Positions 36,813 through 50,770 of a stretch of DNA of 64,000 bases are shown in pieces. Within the stretch, counting starts at the first letter, position 1, and every line of letters starts with the position of its first letter. The position numbers and the translations under genes are program-made. Below the pieces are notes generated by a model. The model ran no database searches and was not told the origin of the DNA. It saw only the letters and a program-made list of their open reading frames with translations. Source of the stretch: Glaucostegus cemiculus (taxonomy: Eukaryota); contig CDPCPM010000013.1 in assembly GCA_976551045.1 (NCBI GenBank), forward strand, positions 10,602,001-10,666,000, written 5' to 3'.

Positions 36813-38616
36813 GTAGTTTACCCTAACATGTTCTACTTCTGCTTGCTGCTGTGATGTCTGCCAAATGAAGACCCAGCAAAATTCATCAGTTTAGTAGTGT
36901 TCATATTTATTTTGAGATTCTTTCCAAAAATAAACTGCTTCTGCTTAACTGCTGTTTTAGCTTAGCTATCACGAGTTCAATTTCTTTGAACTATATAAAA
37001 AGCAGTGCACAAGTTTCTACTGTCTGCAACACAATATCTGAAGATCTATGATCTTCTCACAACTTCTGCCTTTAAAAAGAAACCTCAAGAATGGAAAGCT
37101 CATCTCACAGTGTAGAGCAAACCTGGTTTACTGATTCAGAATCAGGCCTCTGATGCCCTGAGAGAAGTGGTAGTTCAAGGTCAATTCTCTAACAAGGCTG
37201 AGGTGAAGTGAAGAAATTATCACTAGTACAGGCCACCCATTGCCACATGAAATGCAGAACAAAGTCAACAATTCTGAACTCTGGACTCTCACACTCCCAG
37301 CTCATCCAGTGTTGTCCAAAGTATCATCCAAGTAATTCTATATCTGACACCACAAACTTTATATTCTTAGATAAATTCTCAGTGCAATTGTAGTACAAGC
37401 ACCAGTTGCAAGGAAAATGATGGGTCAGAAATTCTCTCTTCCTTTCGAAATGCATTCCAAAATATCGCACAGAGGACCTGCATATCTTGGCCCAGGTGCT
37501 GTTGAAGCACAATTTTCTTCCAAGTTCCCCACTCAAGACTACAGAGGCATTCAAAACGCATAGAACCTTGATTTTTCTATTACTGTGTTAAGCACTTGTA
37601 ACTTCACAAATACCACACACCTGTGAAAATGAATCCACAGTAATTAGTGTCAGGGCACCACCTTAAAGGGGACGATCATTAATTAAGATCAGTGCTCCAA
37701 GGGAGGAGTACTGCAAATCCCTCAGCCTTTACAAATAGGTGCAAAGGATCGACAACAGGAGAGAATTAGAGGGAGGTGTTTAATGCTCAGGATTTCAGAG
37801 GACTTCACAAAGCTGAAATAAAGCACCAATGGGAATAGGTGGCAAGGGAGATCACAGCAGGGAAGGAGGTACTGTGAACTGGTCTCAAAGTGAGAAAAAA
37901 AATGCAATGAATTCATTATGTGACCAAAGTTAATAAAGACCCACAAATTCTGTTTGACAATGCACTACTTCAATCGCAGACTCTCCAACATTCCAACACA
38001 GACAAGGACGCACACATGCAAACAGCTATTTCACCATTCTGATATCTTAAAACCACACTCTCATGCAACATACGTTTTTCAGGAATTACCACCTGGAACA
38101 ACAAACTAGAGATAACTTTCCCAATCCCAGCAGTTGACTTGTTTGGAGAAGCATTTGCTAGTGAGCATGGCCTTTGCTACCATAGATCCAGTGAATGGAG
38201 CAAGTCTGAAATCACACATCCAATCAGTCTTTTCATAACTTATCTCCCTTCATCCCACTCTATTTATTGCCTCTGACTTTAACATGTCAAGCGTTTTTCC
38301 ACCTGTGCCTTCCCATGACCATTTTACTTCCCTCTGTCCTCATCCTGGAAGAATCATAAGAGATCCCACCTGCCTTGCCTTCTCTTTCCCTTCCACCCAA
38401 CTCTCTCAACAAGGAACATACTGCATCATTGAACCTGTCCACCAGCTCAGTTCCTGGGACTTTGCAAAATACAGAGGCTGGGATTTCATATATTTCAAGA
38501 CCAAGCCACCAGCGGATCGCTAACAAGTTAGGGAATTAAATAGCCAGTGTGGCAACTCTGGGTAGATTGCACACACTTCTGGCCCAGAATATTTAGATGG
38601 TGAATATGATAGGACA

Positions 38617-39441
38617 TGTTACAAAGTAGCCTGCTATGGGCAGATGTCCCTTTAAGATGGGACATTGTGTGTATGTGCAACGTATTACGTCAACAGAAGA
38701 TAAGACTAACGTGATGAGGTCATTACAAGAAAGAAAAAGATAGGAGAGAGAGGCAGACAGACAGAGAGAGAGAAGAAGGAGAGATGGCAGCCTGTTTTGT
38801 TTCTGTCGATGGATGAAGGACAGTAACTGTGTTTGTCACTAAAATCCGTGGATGGATTTCTGGAGTAGTCCAGTGGAGTTCACTTTGTCGGTAACTTGTA
38901 GAAGGATATAGGTGTTTGTGTGGACAACCACATTTTGGATGCTCTTCAGAGTGGCAGATACTGTGGAACAAAGTGACAGAATTCACTTCGCTGCTAACCT
39001 GTAGAAGAACAGGTATTTGCATGGATAGTCACGATTAAGGAGTTTTCGGGGTGAGAAAGTCACTACCGAGTAAGCCCTGAAGTGTCGTTTGAGTTTCAAG
39101 TGGAACATTCGGATTTCGTGATTCCTCTCTAATCTCTCTCTATATCTATGTTTTGTCTTCGGTGGACGGTGCTTGTGAAGAAGCCTTTATTCGTGTTTCA
39201 TCTTACGGCTTATTGAACTGAACTTTAAAAACTAATTCCTGGACTTGGAGTTTAGGAATTTGCCACACACACACGATGAGTAGTTTTTGGGGTTATAGTT
39301 TAAGATTCTAATATTTTGTTTTGTACTAATATACTAACTTTTTGTTCTTATTATACGTATTATCGGAAGTAGTTATTAATAAAGTAGTTTTAACACTGAA
39401 GTATGAGTTGGTGTGCTTCTTTTGTTGCTGGTTTCGTGACA
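38617..39441 (+). mobile_element. Solo LTR (probably Gypsy-type), 825 bp
   Basis: Begins TGTTACA and ends CGTGACA. The 4-bp target-site duplication GACA lies at 38613-38616 and 39442-39445. AATAAA near 39378; CpG content above the flanks. Confidence 0.8.
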
Positions 39442-40114
39442 GACAGCATAAAGGAAAAAAGAGCAGTTGAGACCGTTTTGCAAACACCACTCAGAACTGG
39501 CAAAATTATTATTTTCTTTATGCAGCCCATCATTGTGGATCTATACTGCATCCTTTCCAAGGTCTTGACATCTTTCCCAAATGAGTCCTGAAAACTAGAC
39601 CCATTGGTTTAATAGCTACCAAGCCAATCATCTGCAATGATTTAACATAACTTTTTCCTTGTACTCAATAACAACTATGACAGTACTTCAAAATACTTCA
39701 TTGACTGTGAAGCAATTTCAGACATCCCAAGGTTTCAGGAGTTACATGATTGTAAATTGTTTGCTGATGATTTCATGATTCCTGTATGTGCTTCTTCTTC
39801 CCAATCTACTGTGCACCAGGTTCTTCTATCATCACATTTAGTAAGTAGATTTTCTGCATTGTGAATAACCTTTGTAGTTACTACCACATACGATTATGGT
39901 GTTGCATTCCCATTGTTGCGAGAGAAACTAGTTATGCTTTAATTCACCTAAGCACTTGCAACTGACCTTGACTCGCCTTTAGTGTTGGATCCTGACTTAG
40001 GCTCTTTGATGGTTTATGGTTCTGGATAGTTGCCCTTCCTTTCTTGTAAATTACTTTTGACTTCCTAGCAATAGCTACAGTCACAGATACACAGACATCG
40101 GAAAGTGGTGGGCC

Positions 40115-40450
40115 AGAAAATACAATCCACAGATTATGCAAGGGTTCTGTTCCTATGAACTGCCCGTAACCAATTTCTCCATAATGTAGAAATGTTCATT
40201 TTCTATAGCTGCCCACTTTGTATTGCTCTACATGCACTTGTTATCATTCTTTCATTTAATCAAATAGTCACCATAACTCCACTCATAATTAAACTAAGAG
40301 AATATACTGTATCCAGTAATTAATGAATACTACAGGACATTATTACTTTTATTATTATTATTCTGAAAAATACTTCAAAACACATGGGAGAATTTTCATA
40401 AAGTTGGATTTCCGTAATTCAGGTCACCTGCAATATGGGAAGCCCCTGTA
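40115..40450. mobile_element. Degenerate Tigger-like MITE
   Basis: Right end ...gggaagcccctg|TA and left end acagattatgcaagggttc resemble the termini of the 2900-3218 element. Confidence 0.4.
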
Positions 40451-41824
40451 GTCCATCTAGGCTCCACACTTACATTAGATTGAAAATGTAGAAATTACTA
40501 ATATCCTAGGAAAGACAAAACAGCATGGAAAAATTCTGGGTCATTAAGGGAAAAACATAAGAAAAATCATTCCCAGGCTCCATGAAGTACTGAAACCAGT
40601 CATGGAAAAACACATTCATCCAGCACACACAGTCTGATAAATATACTGCTTGCAAATGTATTGAATTAATCAGAAACACTTTAAGACCTTGAAACAGTGC
40701 TTTCACACAATATACTAACAAATCCCCTTCTTCGACTGTATATTCACCATATACTCACCTGCACAGATTCATACTGCTTGACTGATATTCAGCCGTGAGT
40801 GAGCTAGAAGTTACCCTTCAATGAAGTTTTCAAAAAAGATTCAAGTCATTACTTCTGGCCTCTGGCAAAAAAAAATTCCTTTACAGTTCATCTGCCAGGC
40901 TGCTCTCTTAGACTGTGCGCAAGCTTAATTTTTGATTTGATCCCCAGTTGAGCCTCAAACCTCACATCCTATTCATCACAAAGACAGCTCATTTTCGGCT
41001 TTGTAATGTATCTTCTGACCAGTTACATACCATTAAAAACCTCATTCATGCCTTTATTGCCTCCAGCATGATTTTGCCAGTATCCTCCTTGACCTCCCAA
41101 ACTCAAGTCTTTGCAAATATCTAACTTTTTCAAAATTCACTCCAGATCCCACTCATTTTAAAGAGAAGGTTCATGTACAGCATAGCGTAACCAACCATTG
41201 CTGACTTAGGGGCATGGGAAAACTTGTTACGATTTACTGGCTGGCAATGTCAGTATTTGAATTTTGCCCTAGTTATATTCAATTAGTGAATTTAAGTTTA
41301 CTGAGAGCTGGGCTGATGAATGATAGAGGGACTAGGACAGAGGAAATGTTTAAGCACACAAATCTGACAAATAATTTGCTGACTGCAAGTTCCAGCAGTG
41401 AATGAAACAAAGGAAACATTTTACATTTGGTGTGGTTCCACCAGTATTAAGAATGTAGTAGCATTCCTGAGTCACTTCAAATTTGACGAATCCTGAGGAT
41501 GACATGCACACATTCCACCTGCTGTCAAGTTTTGTGTGCGTTATGTGGAAAAATGATACATTTATCAACTGTCTCCATTCTAAAGACTCCACACAAATAA
41601 CAAAACTTACATTTTGTGCAAAAACACCAATTCAGATTCCAGTGCAAAAATTCTACATTGTGTACAGTGATGAGCAATTTGAATAAGAACTCCTCTGAAA
41701 CTTTCCCCAATAAAACACAGGATGTTCATATTGTACAAAAATAACTGCAATTATGATATGTCCGATAACCTGCTGTTCAACTATTTGGAAATCCTGTTGG
41801 ATTAGCATTAGGCTTATTGGATGG

Positions 41825-42090
41825 TGATTCCCATGCTCTTTCTCACACACTCGGACCCAGGTTCCTGCACTCCCTTGCACACACCAGAGCCCTGCTTCCC
41901 TTTAATCAAGTCTCTGGGCTCCAAGTTCCCAAGCTCCCTTTAAACTCACCAGTGCTCTCGGTCCTGAGCGTGCTGTCAATGACTTAGTTCCATTTCCTGC
42001 ACTCCCTTGAACCTCACCTGCTTCTGTTTCCCACGATCACTTGAAACTTACTGGAGTCTTGATTTCCCATGCTCCCTTTAAACTTACCTA
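41825..42090. repeat. Degenerate minisatellite (unit about ttcccatgctccctttaaactcacc)
   Basis: Several imperfect units, e.g. ttcctgcactcccttg twice and ccctttaaact(c/t)acc twice. Confidence 0.55.
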
Positions 42091-42174
42091 TTTTACTGGA
42101 AAATTTACTCTTTGTGTAACATCTACAAAAAAGTAAATTAGAAGGATTTCGCAGTATTAATGGAATAACATCCC

Positions 42175-42780
42175 GGAATCAGAATCAGCTTGATTATCAC
42201 TGACACATGTCCTGAAATTTGTTGTTTTGTGGCAGAAGTACAGTGCAAGACATAAAATTTACTACAAGTTACAAAAATAACTAAATAGTACAAGAGAGGA
42301 ATAATGAGGCAGTGTTCAAGGACTGTTCAGAAATCTGATGGCATAGGGGAAGAAGCTGTTCCTGAAGTGTTGAGTGTGGGTCTTCAGACTCCTGTACCTC
42401 CTCCCTGATGGTAGTACTATGAAGAGGGCATATCCCAGATGGTGAGGGTCCTTAATGGTGGATGCCACCTTCCAGTTAGCCTGGTTGAAGACCTGCGATG
42501 ATTGGGAAGGCATCAGGGTGTGCTATCTCGCTACTGCTGATCAAGGAGATCAGCTCCTCCAGCGCCAGCTTGACATTTTCCAAAGGTGGAATGTACACCA
42601 TGACCAGGATGACGGCAGAGGACTCCTTCGGCAGATGAAACAGAGGATACTTGACCTCCAGATGGTCCAGGACTGAGACAGAGCTGGCACATCTGTGCAC
42701 CATCCATAAAATCCAGACTAACATCCAGAAAATCTACTGGCCTGGCACTATTAAGGTCCAGGGTTCTCAATGAACGGAGT
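42175..42780 (-). mobile_element. Internally deleted Rex1-like LINE (APE fused to C-terminus and 3' UTR)
   Basis: ORF 42476-42724 (LPKESSAVILVMVYIPP..AHPDAFPIIAG) abuts ORF 42316-42513 (..IKDPHH..LPSGRRYRSLK..NSFFP). (TCTGAT)n-type tail at about 42175. Confidence 0.75.
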
Positions 42781-43139
42781 TTTATTGTATTACCTCAAAA
42801 CAGGGAATCCAGAAAATACTGTGGGTCATCATCGGCAGCAGTGTTTATTCTACCACAATATGTAAAAGGATGTCTCAGCATATCCATTGTTTTACCATTA
42901 CTTTCAAGCTAAAAATTAACTGATTTAAAGTAGTATGTGGAGTGTTTTGAAGAGCAGAAGCATAAATGCCCCAACAAAAATGGGCACCAACCCACTGCTA
43001 CAACACAACATGGGTGCTAAACAACAAATGAAGAAAGTAACCCCACAACCAATGAATCAAAGCCCTGAAGTCCCACCACAACAAGGTCCTAAAGTGGGAG
43101 AGAATTTAACAATAAAAAGATGAGGTTCCATGAATATTA

Positions 43140-44320
43140 CCATCCTTGATGATGGTGGAGCACAGCATGCGAGCGCAAAAGTGAAGGGTGAAAAGATTCA
43201 ACCACAAGTGCCAAATGGATAATGCATTTCCGCCTCCTCATGAGGTCCCACCAATACAAGTACCAGCTTTCAGCTGATTCCATTCATTCCAATCAATAAA
43301 GGAAACAGTGAACCCACTGATTACGCGAAGAACTATGGGTCCCAACAACATGCTGGCTGTGGTGCTGAAGATCTGTGCTCCAGAACCAGGTGCGTCTTTA
43401 GCTAAGTTGTTCAAGTATAATAACAATTCCAGCATCCTCCTGGCAAAGTGGAAAACTGCTCAGTTATATCTTAATCAAACAAAGGATAAATCCAGTCCAG
43501 CTCCATTAATCTACTCTCAATTACCTTCAAAGTTTTGGAAGTTGTTGATAACAATACTATCAAGGGATGTTTATTCATTGGCAACTAATTCATTAATGCT
43601 TGGATTGGTTCCATCACACCACTTGATACTAAACCTTAGTTCAGCACAGTCTAAACATGAATGAAATAACTCATTTCCAAAGACAAAATGCTGAAGGCTG
43701 CACTGGTCATCAAGATGGCAACTGAATGAGTGCTGCATCAAGGGAAAGTTGCGACCAGCAAATTTAAGTCATTTTTAAAACAAAAATATCATTGCTGGCA
43801 GAAAATCAAACCAAGTGTAATGGTAATAGTTGGAGGGCAAACACCTCAGCCCTAGAACACTGCCTCAGTTGTTCTTCAGGGTACTGTGCTCAGTCAAATT
43901 ATCTTAAACAATGAACTTCTTTGAATTATGTCAGAAGTTAGGTAACTTGCTAATGACTACACTGTGTTTAGTTCTGCAGCCAACTCTATCGATATTGAAA
44001 AAATCCTTCCCTGCATGCAACAAGACTTGTGCTTATAAATGACAAGATAAGTGCCAGGCAATAACCATCTCCAACAAAGGTGTCTAACATTCTCCTGTGG
44101 ATATTCAGCAACATCACTACCCATGCCCCATCATTAGTGTCCTGGAGTTATTATGGCCAAAAACATAACAGGCAGAGCCATATATTTGCCTTTGTAGTGA
44201 ATGTGTATTCTGTGACCAAATATTCACCTTTTGATTTCCCAAAGACTTTTGCCCATCTACAATCAAGAGTGTGAACAAATATCAATTGCCTGTATAATTG
44301 CAACTCCTAAACAACTTGTT
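43140..44320 (+). mobile_element. Old CR1-like LINE remnant
   Basis: ORF 43308-43664 (GPNNMLAVVLKICAPE..LAKLF..WKTAQ); same family as 29400-30960. Confidence 0.65.
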
Positions 44321-44334
44321 AAAGCGTTTTTCAA

Positions 44335-45200
44335 AATCATAGAACATAAAAAAGTATAGCACAGGAACAGGCCAGTTGGCCCACCACATTTGTGCCAACC
44401 ATGATGTGACAAATCCCAGCTCCCTGAACAAAGACCATATCCCTCCATTCCCTGCCTGTTCATGTGTCTGTCTAAATGCCTCTTAAATGTTGCTATTGTG
44501 TCTGCTTCTAACACCTCTCCTGTCAGTGCATTCCAGGCACCAACCAACCTCTGCATAAAAAAACTTGGCTCGTAAATCTCCTTTAAACTTTCCTTAAATG
44601 ATAACATTTGAGAGTTTCAACCTGGGAAAAAGAATCTGCCTATCTACCAATCTCTGTCTCTCATAATTTTATACACTTCTATCAGATCTCCCCTGTGCCT
44701 CTACTGCTTCAGACAAAATAATCAAGTATGTCCAACCTCTCCTTTTAGCTCATACTCTCCAATCCGAGCAACATCCTGGTGAATCTCTCCTACACCCTCT
44801 CCAAAGCCCCCACATCCTTCCTACAGTATGGCGACCAGAACAGCACACAATACTCCAACTGTGGTCTAACCAAAGATTTATACAGCTGCGACATGACTTG
44901 CCAACTTTTATACTCAACAATCTAACCAATGAAGGCAAGCATGCCATTTGCCTTCTTTACCACCCTATACACTTGCCACTTTCAGGGAGCTATGGACTTG
45001 TACCCCGAGGTCCCTTGGTACATCAATAAGTCCCAAGGATCCTGCCATTTACTGTACAAGTTCTTTTTTGCATTTGACCTTCAAAAATGCAACAACTCAC
45101 ACTTTTCCAGATTAAATTCCATCTGCTATTTCTCTGCCTAACTTTCAAAATGATCTATCTCCTATTGTATTCTTTGACAACTTTCCTCACAATCATACTT
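44335..45200 (-). mobile_element. CR1 LINE 3' part
   Basis: ORF 44263-44607 (FFMQRLVGAWNAL..FKRHLDRHM) and 44750-44947; tail at about 44340. Confidence 0.85.
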
Positions 45201-45282
45201 CCTAACCTGTGGCATCTATTGTACAGATGAACAAAGTCATCAAATGTATAGGAACGCCAGTACTTCCAAGTCACCCTTCAAG

Positions 45283-45536
45283 TGCGGCACAATAGCATAG
45301 CGTTTAGCACAACACTGTTACAGCGCCAGTGATCGGAGTTTGATTCCCGTCGCTGACTGTAAGGAGTTTGTACATTCTCCCGTGCCTGCGTGGGTTTCCT
45401 CCGGGTGCTCCGGTTTCCTCCCACATTCTAAAAAGACGTACAGGTAGGTTAATTTGGGGATTTAAAATGGGTGGCGCGAACTCGTTGGACCAAAAGGGCC
45501 TGTTACCACACTGTAATAAAATAAAATAAATAAAAA
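45283..45536 (+). mobile_element. V-SINE with type-A tail
   Basis: Same head, core and tail as the 50531 copy; (TAAAA)n end. Confidence 0.88.
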
Positions 45537-47159
45537 GTCACACAATGCTGATATCAAATTTTATCACCGATCCTTCATCATTCCCAAGTCATAGTCCTGC
45601 AACTCTCTTCTAGGTTTAAGGTGAGAGAGGGAATGTTTAAAGGAAATTTGCTTGCCATTTTTTTTTTTTTTTTTTTTTTACAGAGAGTGGTACGTGCCTA
45701 GAATACTCTGCAAGGAGGGGTGATAGAAGGAGATACAATGGGAACTTTTAAGATTATCTTTGACAAGCTGACTGTAGCAGTTGAGGATGGCAGCTTATCA
45801 TCATGTCCACTTCAGAGGGGGTACCCATATATTGAGCTTGCCAAATATCAACTGAGTATATCTCTGTTTTCTAGATATTCCAGAGCCTTCAAAATCATGC
45901 AATTCTTTAAATGGAGAAACTATTTCCACGTAGTTGAGTCCAAAAAAAAGTCACAAACAGACCAGAATTCTCTTTGCAGGAAATGATGAAAACATACACT
46001 TGGGGTAGTCCTGAGTGATTGAAATAAATAGCACCAATCTTTTTAAAGTAAAGTTAAATGCACATGATGAATAAGAAGGATGCAGAAGCAAAATGGCAAG
46101 GTGTCATTTGATTGTGAGAAGAACAAATGAAGCCGAGGGCATTTTATTATAAGTTGGAATAGATGATACCAAACCAATGTCTTTTTTTCTTTACTAGATA
46201 AACTACCTATGCTTAAAGAAAAACAAGACAGGGAGAAAAGCTATGTGCAAAACATCAGCTTCAAGGTGCTGAGTCACTTCAGTTATTGTTACAGCAGGAG
46301 TCACTATTATTGATATTTATGTCCTTTGGAACAGAGAAGCAAATCTAATTAGAAAATCATTTCCAGGTATTTTCCAAATACAGAATAAAAATTTATGTCT
46401 AAAGATATACCTGTAGAGCTTTCAAAATATCTGAAATAACATAATTAAAAAAATCATATAAATTATTAATGCAAGACTTTAAGTTTAAACAACACAAAAT
46501 GTGAAATGCATCTTTGGGCAAGGTTTACAATGTACACAGCTTCTCCTTCAATTGAAGTAAACAAATACCAGAGTTCACAAAATTTTTTTACTAAAAAGCA
46601 TTTCTTGGGAAAAGTAACAACTTTCTTCTAATGGAGCATATAGTAATAGTGAAATTACATTCTGTGAACAATGCAAGGCTATTTTCCTTGTCCACTGAAG
46701 GAAATGAAAAAATCAATAAAACTCAGGAGTCAGGTTGGTATGAGTAATCAAAACTAACAGATGGGAGACCATCTTCACAACATGATATCTCACTACCTTG
46801 AAGCAGCATCATGTGCAATTGTAGATTGGGACAATTGTAGATTGCTCCACTAGTCCACCTAGTAACATAACAAATGTAGGTTTTGAAGCAGTTCCAAGTT
46901 GGTAAAATGTGGCCTCTCTTGCCTAACATTAAAACTTTGTTGGTTGAGAAGCACAGCTCTGCTTACATATCCAGTCTTGCATACATGCAGATCTGAAACC
47001 ATGGCCCAGATGTTGATGAACAAACTATTGACTTGCCAATTCTATCAGCTGCAAGTAAAACCCCCATCTCCCACTGTGGTCCTGATGGGAATATGATCAA
47101 TTTTGAATTCAGAGCCTCAATTGCATATTTGTTGGGCTGCAGACAGAAAATAGGCACCC

Positions 47160-47395
47160 TAATAGCGTAGCGGTTAGCGCGACGCTGTTACAGCGCCAGC
47201 GATCGGGGTCCGATTCCCGTCGCTGACTGTAAGGAGTTTGTACGTTCTCCCGTGTCTGCGTGGGTTTCCTCCGGGTGCTCCGGTCTCCTCCCACAATCTA
47301 AAGACGTGCGGGTAGGTTAATTTGGGGGGTTTAAAATGGGCGGCGTGGACTCGTTGGGCCGAAAGGGCCTGTTACCACGCTGTAAATAAAAATTT
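47160..47395 (+). mobile_element. V-SINE with type-A tail
   Basis: CpG-rich copy; tail gggccgaaagggcctgttaccacgctgtaaataaaa. Confidence 0.88.
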
Positions 47396-47899
47396 AAATT
47401 TTTTTTTTAATTAAAAATTAATATTACCCACCAACTCTTAAGTGTGGCATGGGGGTTTGAAGAGAAACTGGTTCAACTTCTCCTGTACCCAAAAGTAAAC
47501 AAAAATCATTTTTGGCTATTCTGTAAGATGAAACTGGTACATTCTGTGAAGTTTATCCATCTTAAAGTGGTAATCAAGATCTATTCTGGAGCATCTGCAT
47601 TATAAAAATATAGACATAAAGCTATATTTTTAAATGAAAAATTCTCTTAATTACTTCTGTGCAACACTAAATACCGTTTGCTAGTTAAAGCAACTTTTTG
47701 TTCACTCGAGCCCTGCCAAATTCTGATCAGCAAGACTAATAGATGTAAAGTAGCTTCCATAATATAGGCAATGGAAATGGGCCACTTTCTTTTCTGATCC
47801 TTTGCAGAAACTGAAATCTTTCCCATTAGCTTCTAAATGCAGTGAATAACCACATAGTCCACAGGCTTGCTTTTTACTTTAGTGGAATTAAGATACAAG

Positions 47900-48880
47900 C
47901 ACATGGACATGCAACAATAGTTATCATGCAGGTATACATGAAATGATTAGCAAGGCAAATGGTACATTGACCTCTACTGCAAAGGGATAGAGTATGAAAA
48001 TAAAAAAGTCCCGTTTCAATAGTTTGCCGCTTTGGAAGGATACATTGCCTTGGTGTAACAAATATTCACAAGATTAATTCAAATAATAATCTCTTGTGAG
48101 GATAATTGACTAAGACGACTATTCTCACTGGATTTTTGAAGAATGAGATGTGATCTCATTAAAGTGTACAGGATTCTGAAAAGGGATTGACAGAGGAGAT
48201 AATGGAACACTGTTTCGTCTGGCTGGAGAGGTTAGAACAAGAGGCGTGGCTTCAGGATAAAGAGTTGTTCATTTTGAATAGAGATAATAACAACTTGTTT
48301 CACTCAAAGTGTTAGGAATATTTGGATTTAACCACAAGGGCTGTGGGTGCTTAGCTGTTAAATAGATTTATAGGTACTAAGAGAATCAAGAGACATGGAG
48401 ATCAAATGAACTTGGAGGTAAAAGATCAACCACAATCTTAGTGAATGGGATGGAACAATTCAGTTATAAGGAGTGACTGGAGGAGCTGGGTATATTGTCC
48501 TTAGAGCAGGGGAGGATAAGAGGAGACATGACTGAGATATATAAAATAAAGAGGGGTATAGATGGGGCAGACTGCAAGAAACTCTTCCCCATATCAGAGG
48601 TAGATAAAACTAAAGGGCTTAGAATTAGGATAAGGGGGATATGAGGGGGAACTTCTTCAGCCAAAGAGCAGCAAATACATGGAGTGCTCTGCCTGAGAGG
48701 GTGGTTGAAGCTGGATCACCAACATCCTTGAAGAAGTGTCCAGATGAACACTTGAATTGCTCAGGCATTGAGGACTATGGACCAAGTGTCTGAGTGATGG
48801 AGTTAATATAGTAGGGTGCTCACTGGTCGGTGTGGATGAGTTGGGCCATTTAGCCTGTTTCCACGCTGTATGATTCCATG
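47900..48880 (+). mobile_element. Two adjacent CR1 3' fragments (junction at about 48460)
   Basis: Two successive RGD(L/M)..YKI-type segments, each followed by a CR1 tail. Confidence 0.6.
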
Positions 48881-50530
48881 ATCCTGTGAACAGCAAAGCA
48901 AGCTTGAGCAATTGAAACAGTTCCTGGCATTCTTGATCCTATTGCATGTGTTTTTGCACATGCAGTAAATTAAGAGCATGTGACAGAAAGTGTTTGTTTT
49001 GAAGCTGTCCTGGTGAAAACTCAGACTTGGCTTTAACAAATGACATTTGTTTTGGGTCCTGGACAAAGAATATCACTTACTAAAATTCCTAACCTGTCAA
49101 ATTTTACCTAAAACACTTTGTATAGCCTGTGCTAGCCCAAAAATTTCAGTACTAAGAACTAATGCCAAATCACTCAGAGAGGGCAACTGACTTTTTACTT
49201 GGAGATTTTATTGATAATTGATTCTTTCCCCATGAGACAAATACAGCACTATTGGATATGCAATCTGCATAGCAGTGCACAGTTCCCCCTGTTGATATGT
49301 GTGGATTAGTGCAACCTACAGCACTATACAAGATTTGTTGGATTAAGTTTTAAAATTGTTGCCATAGGTGCATCTATTGAAGAATTACTGTAAGGGTTCA
49401 AAAAGGTGGTTCCGAATGGTTTAGATAATTCACAGAAACACCCATGTATCCAATAAGATACAGCTTGGTAACTTTTGTCATTGTCTCTAGAGTGTATGAG
49501 CTGACAGCAAAAATGCTTGTATTCATTGCATGAGCTGTAGATCCATTTAGTGGATCCTTTCAAATTCCAGAAATTGACTTAATGGCAGTAAAAAAAAAAT
49601 GCCTGAACATTGCAATGGTTCACAGAGTGTTTACATTCTGCAATGTGACTATTAGCCTTGGCCTGCCCCATTCCCCACTGGAGTTTCCACAGAACATCTG
49701 GTATCATGTCAGCACCATGAAGAGAACAGTAATTTTGAGATTAATCACTTCTGTTGCTTCGGTTTGACTGACTTGTTTGATACTATAGGCAACAAGACAT
49801 CTGATTGGAGCACTGTCATTGTGGACAAAATAAGCACATTAATGCTGGTTGTCTTTCCAAAGCTCAAGCAACTCACATGAGCATCAAATCAACAATCGTT
49901 ATGGAAGAAGCACAGCACAGATCAGAGATTAAATAACAGACTTCGTTATGATTAGTAGTAGTTTTGGTTCATGTGAAAAGTAATTAGGAACTACAAAATA
50001 ATTGAACAATGTAAATTTCCACCAATTCATGCGAGAGTCTAATTTGAGGCCTAACAATAAATATGTAATCATTTGGACGCGGTCAAGTGTATGCTGAGCA
50101 TCATATATGAATGAAGATTCTAATCTAACAAAAAGAAAATTGATTGCTTAGGCAGGGAGGATAATAGAGGGATGGTATCCCCCATGGTAAATGTAAATAG
50201 TGCTCTTACCAATCTTGTTAGTACTTTACAGGAGGAGACACAAGAGAATTGTCATAAGTGCAACAAAAAAAACAAGTGGAATAACTCAGCCAGTCAAGGA
50301 GCATTTTGGAAAGAGAAACCAGTCAACATTTTGCGTCAAGAATCCTTCCCTTTGTCATATGTGCAGTTCATCAGCTCCAGTAAACATTTCATGCATGATA
50401 TGTTAAAATAAGACTAATGATCAATTAACTGATAATTGAAATGATAATTCTGAACTGGGAAATTTGCTTCCAGTCACGTCTGGGCCTTTGCTCACATCGG
50501 TGGCATTGAGTTTATTATGATCCTATGATT

Positions 50531-50770
50531 GGGCGGCACGATAGTGTAGTGGTTAGCGTGACGCTGTTACAGCGCCAGCGATCGGGGTTCGATTCCCGTC
50601 GCTGTCTGTAAGGAGTTTGTACGTTCTCCCGCGTCTGCATGGGTTTCCTCCGGGTGCTCCGGTTTCCTCCCACATTCTGAAAGACATACGGGTAGGTTAA
50701 TTTGGGGGTTAAAAATGGGCGGCATGGACTCACAGGGACGAAAGGGCCTGTTACCACATTGTAAATAAAG
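50531..50770 (+). mobile_element. V-SINE with type-A tail
   Basis: Pol III A box TAGTGTAGTGG (50542-50552), B box GGTTCGATTCC (50586-50596), V core and CR1-like tail. Flanked by atgatcct on both sides. Confidence 0.9.

Noticed and set aside
50531-50600. tRNA gene (A and B boxes)
   Set aside because: It is the tRNA-derived head of a multi-copy SINE and runs straight into the V core.
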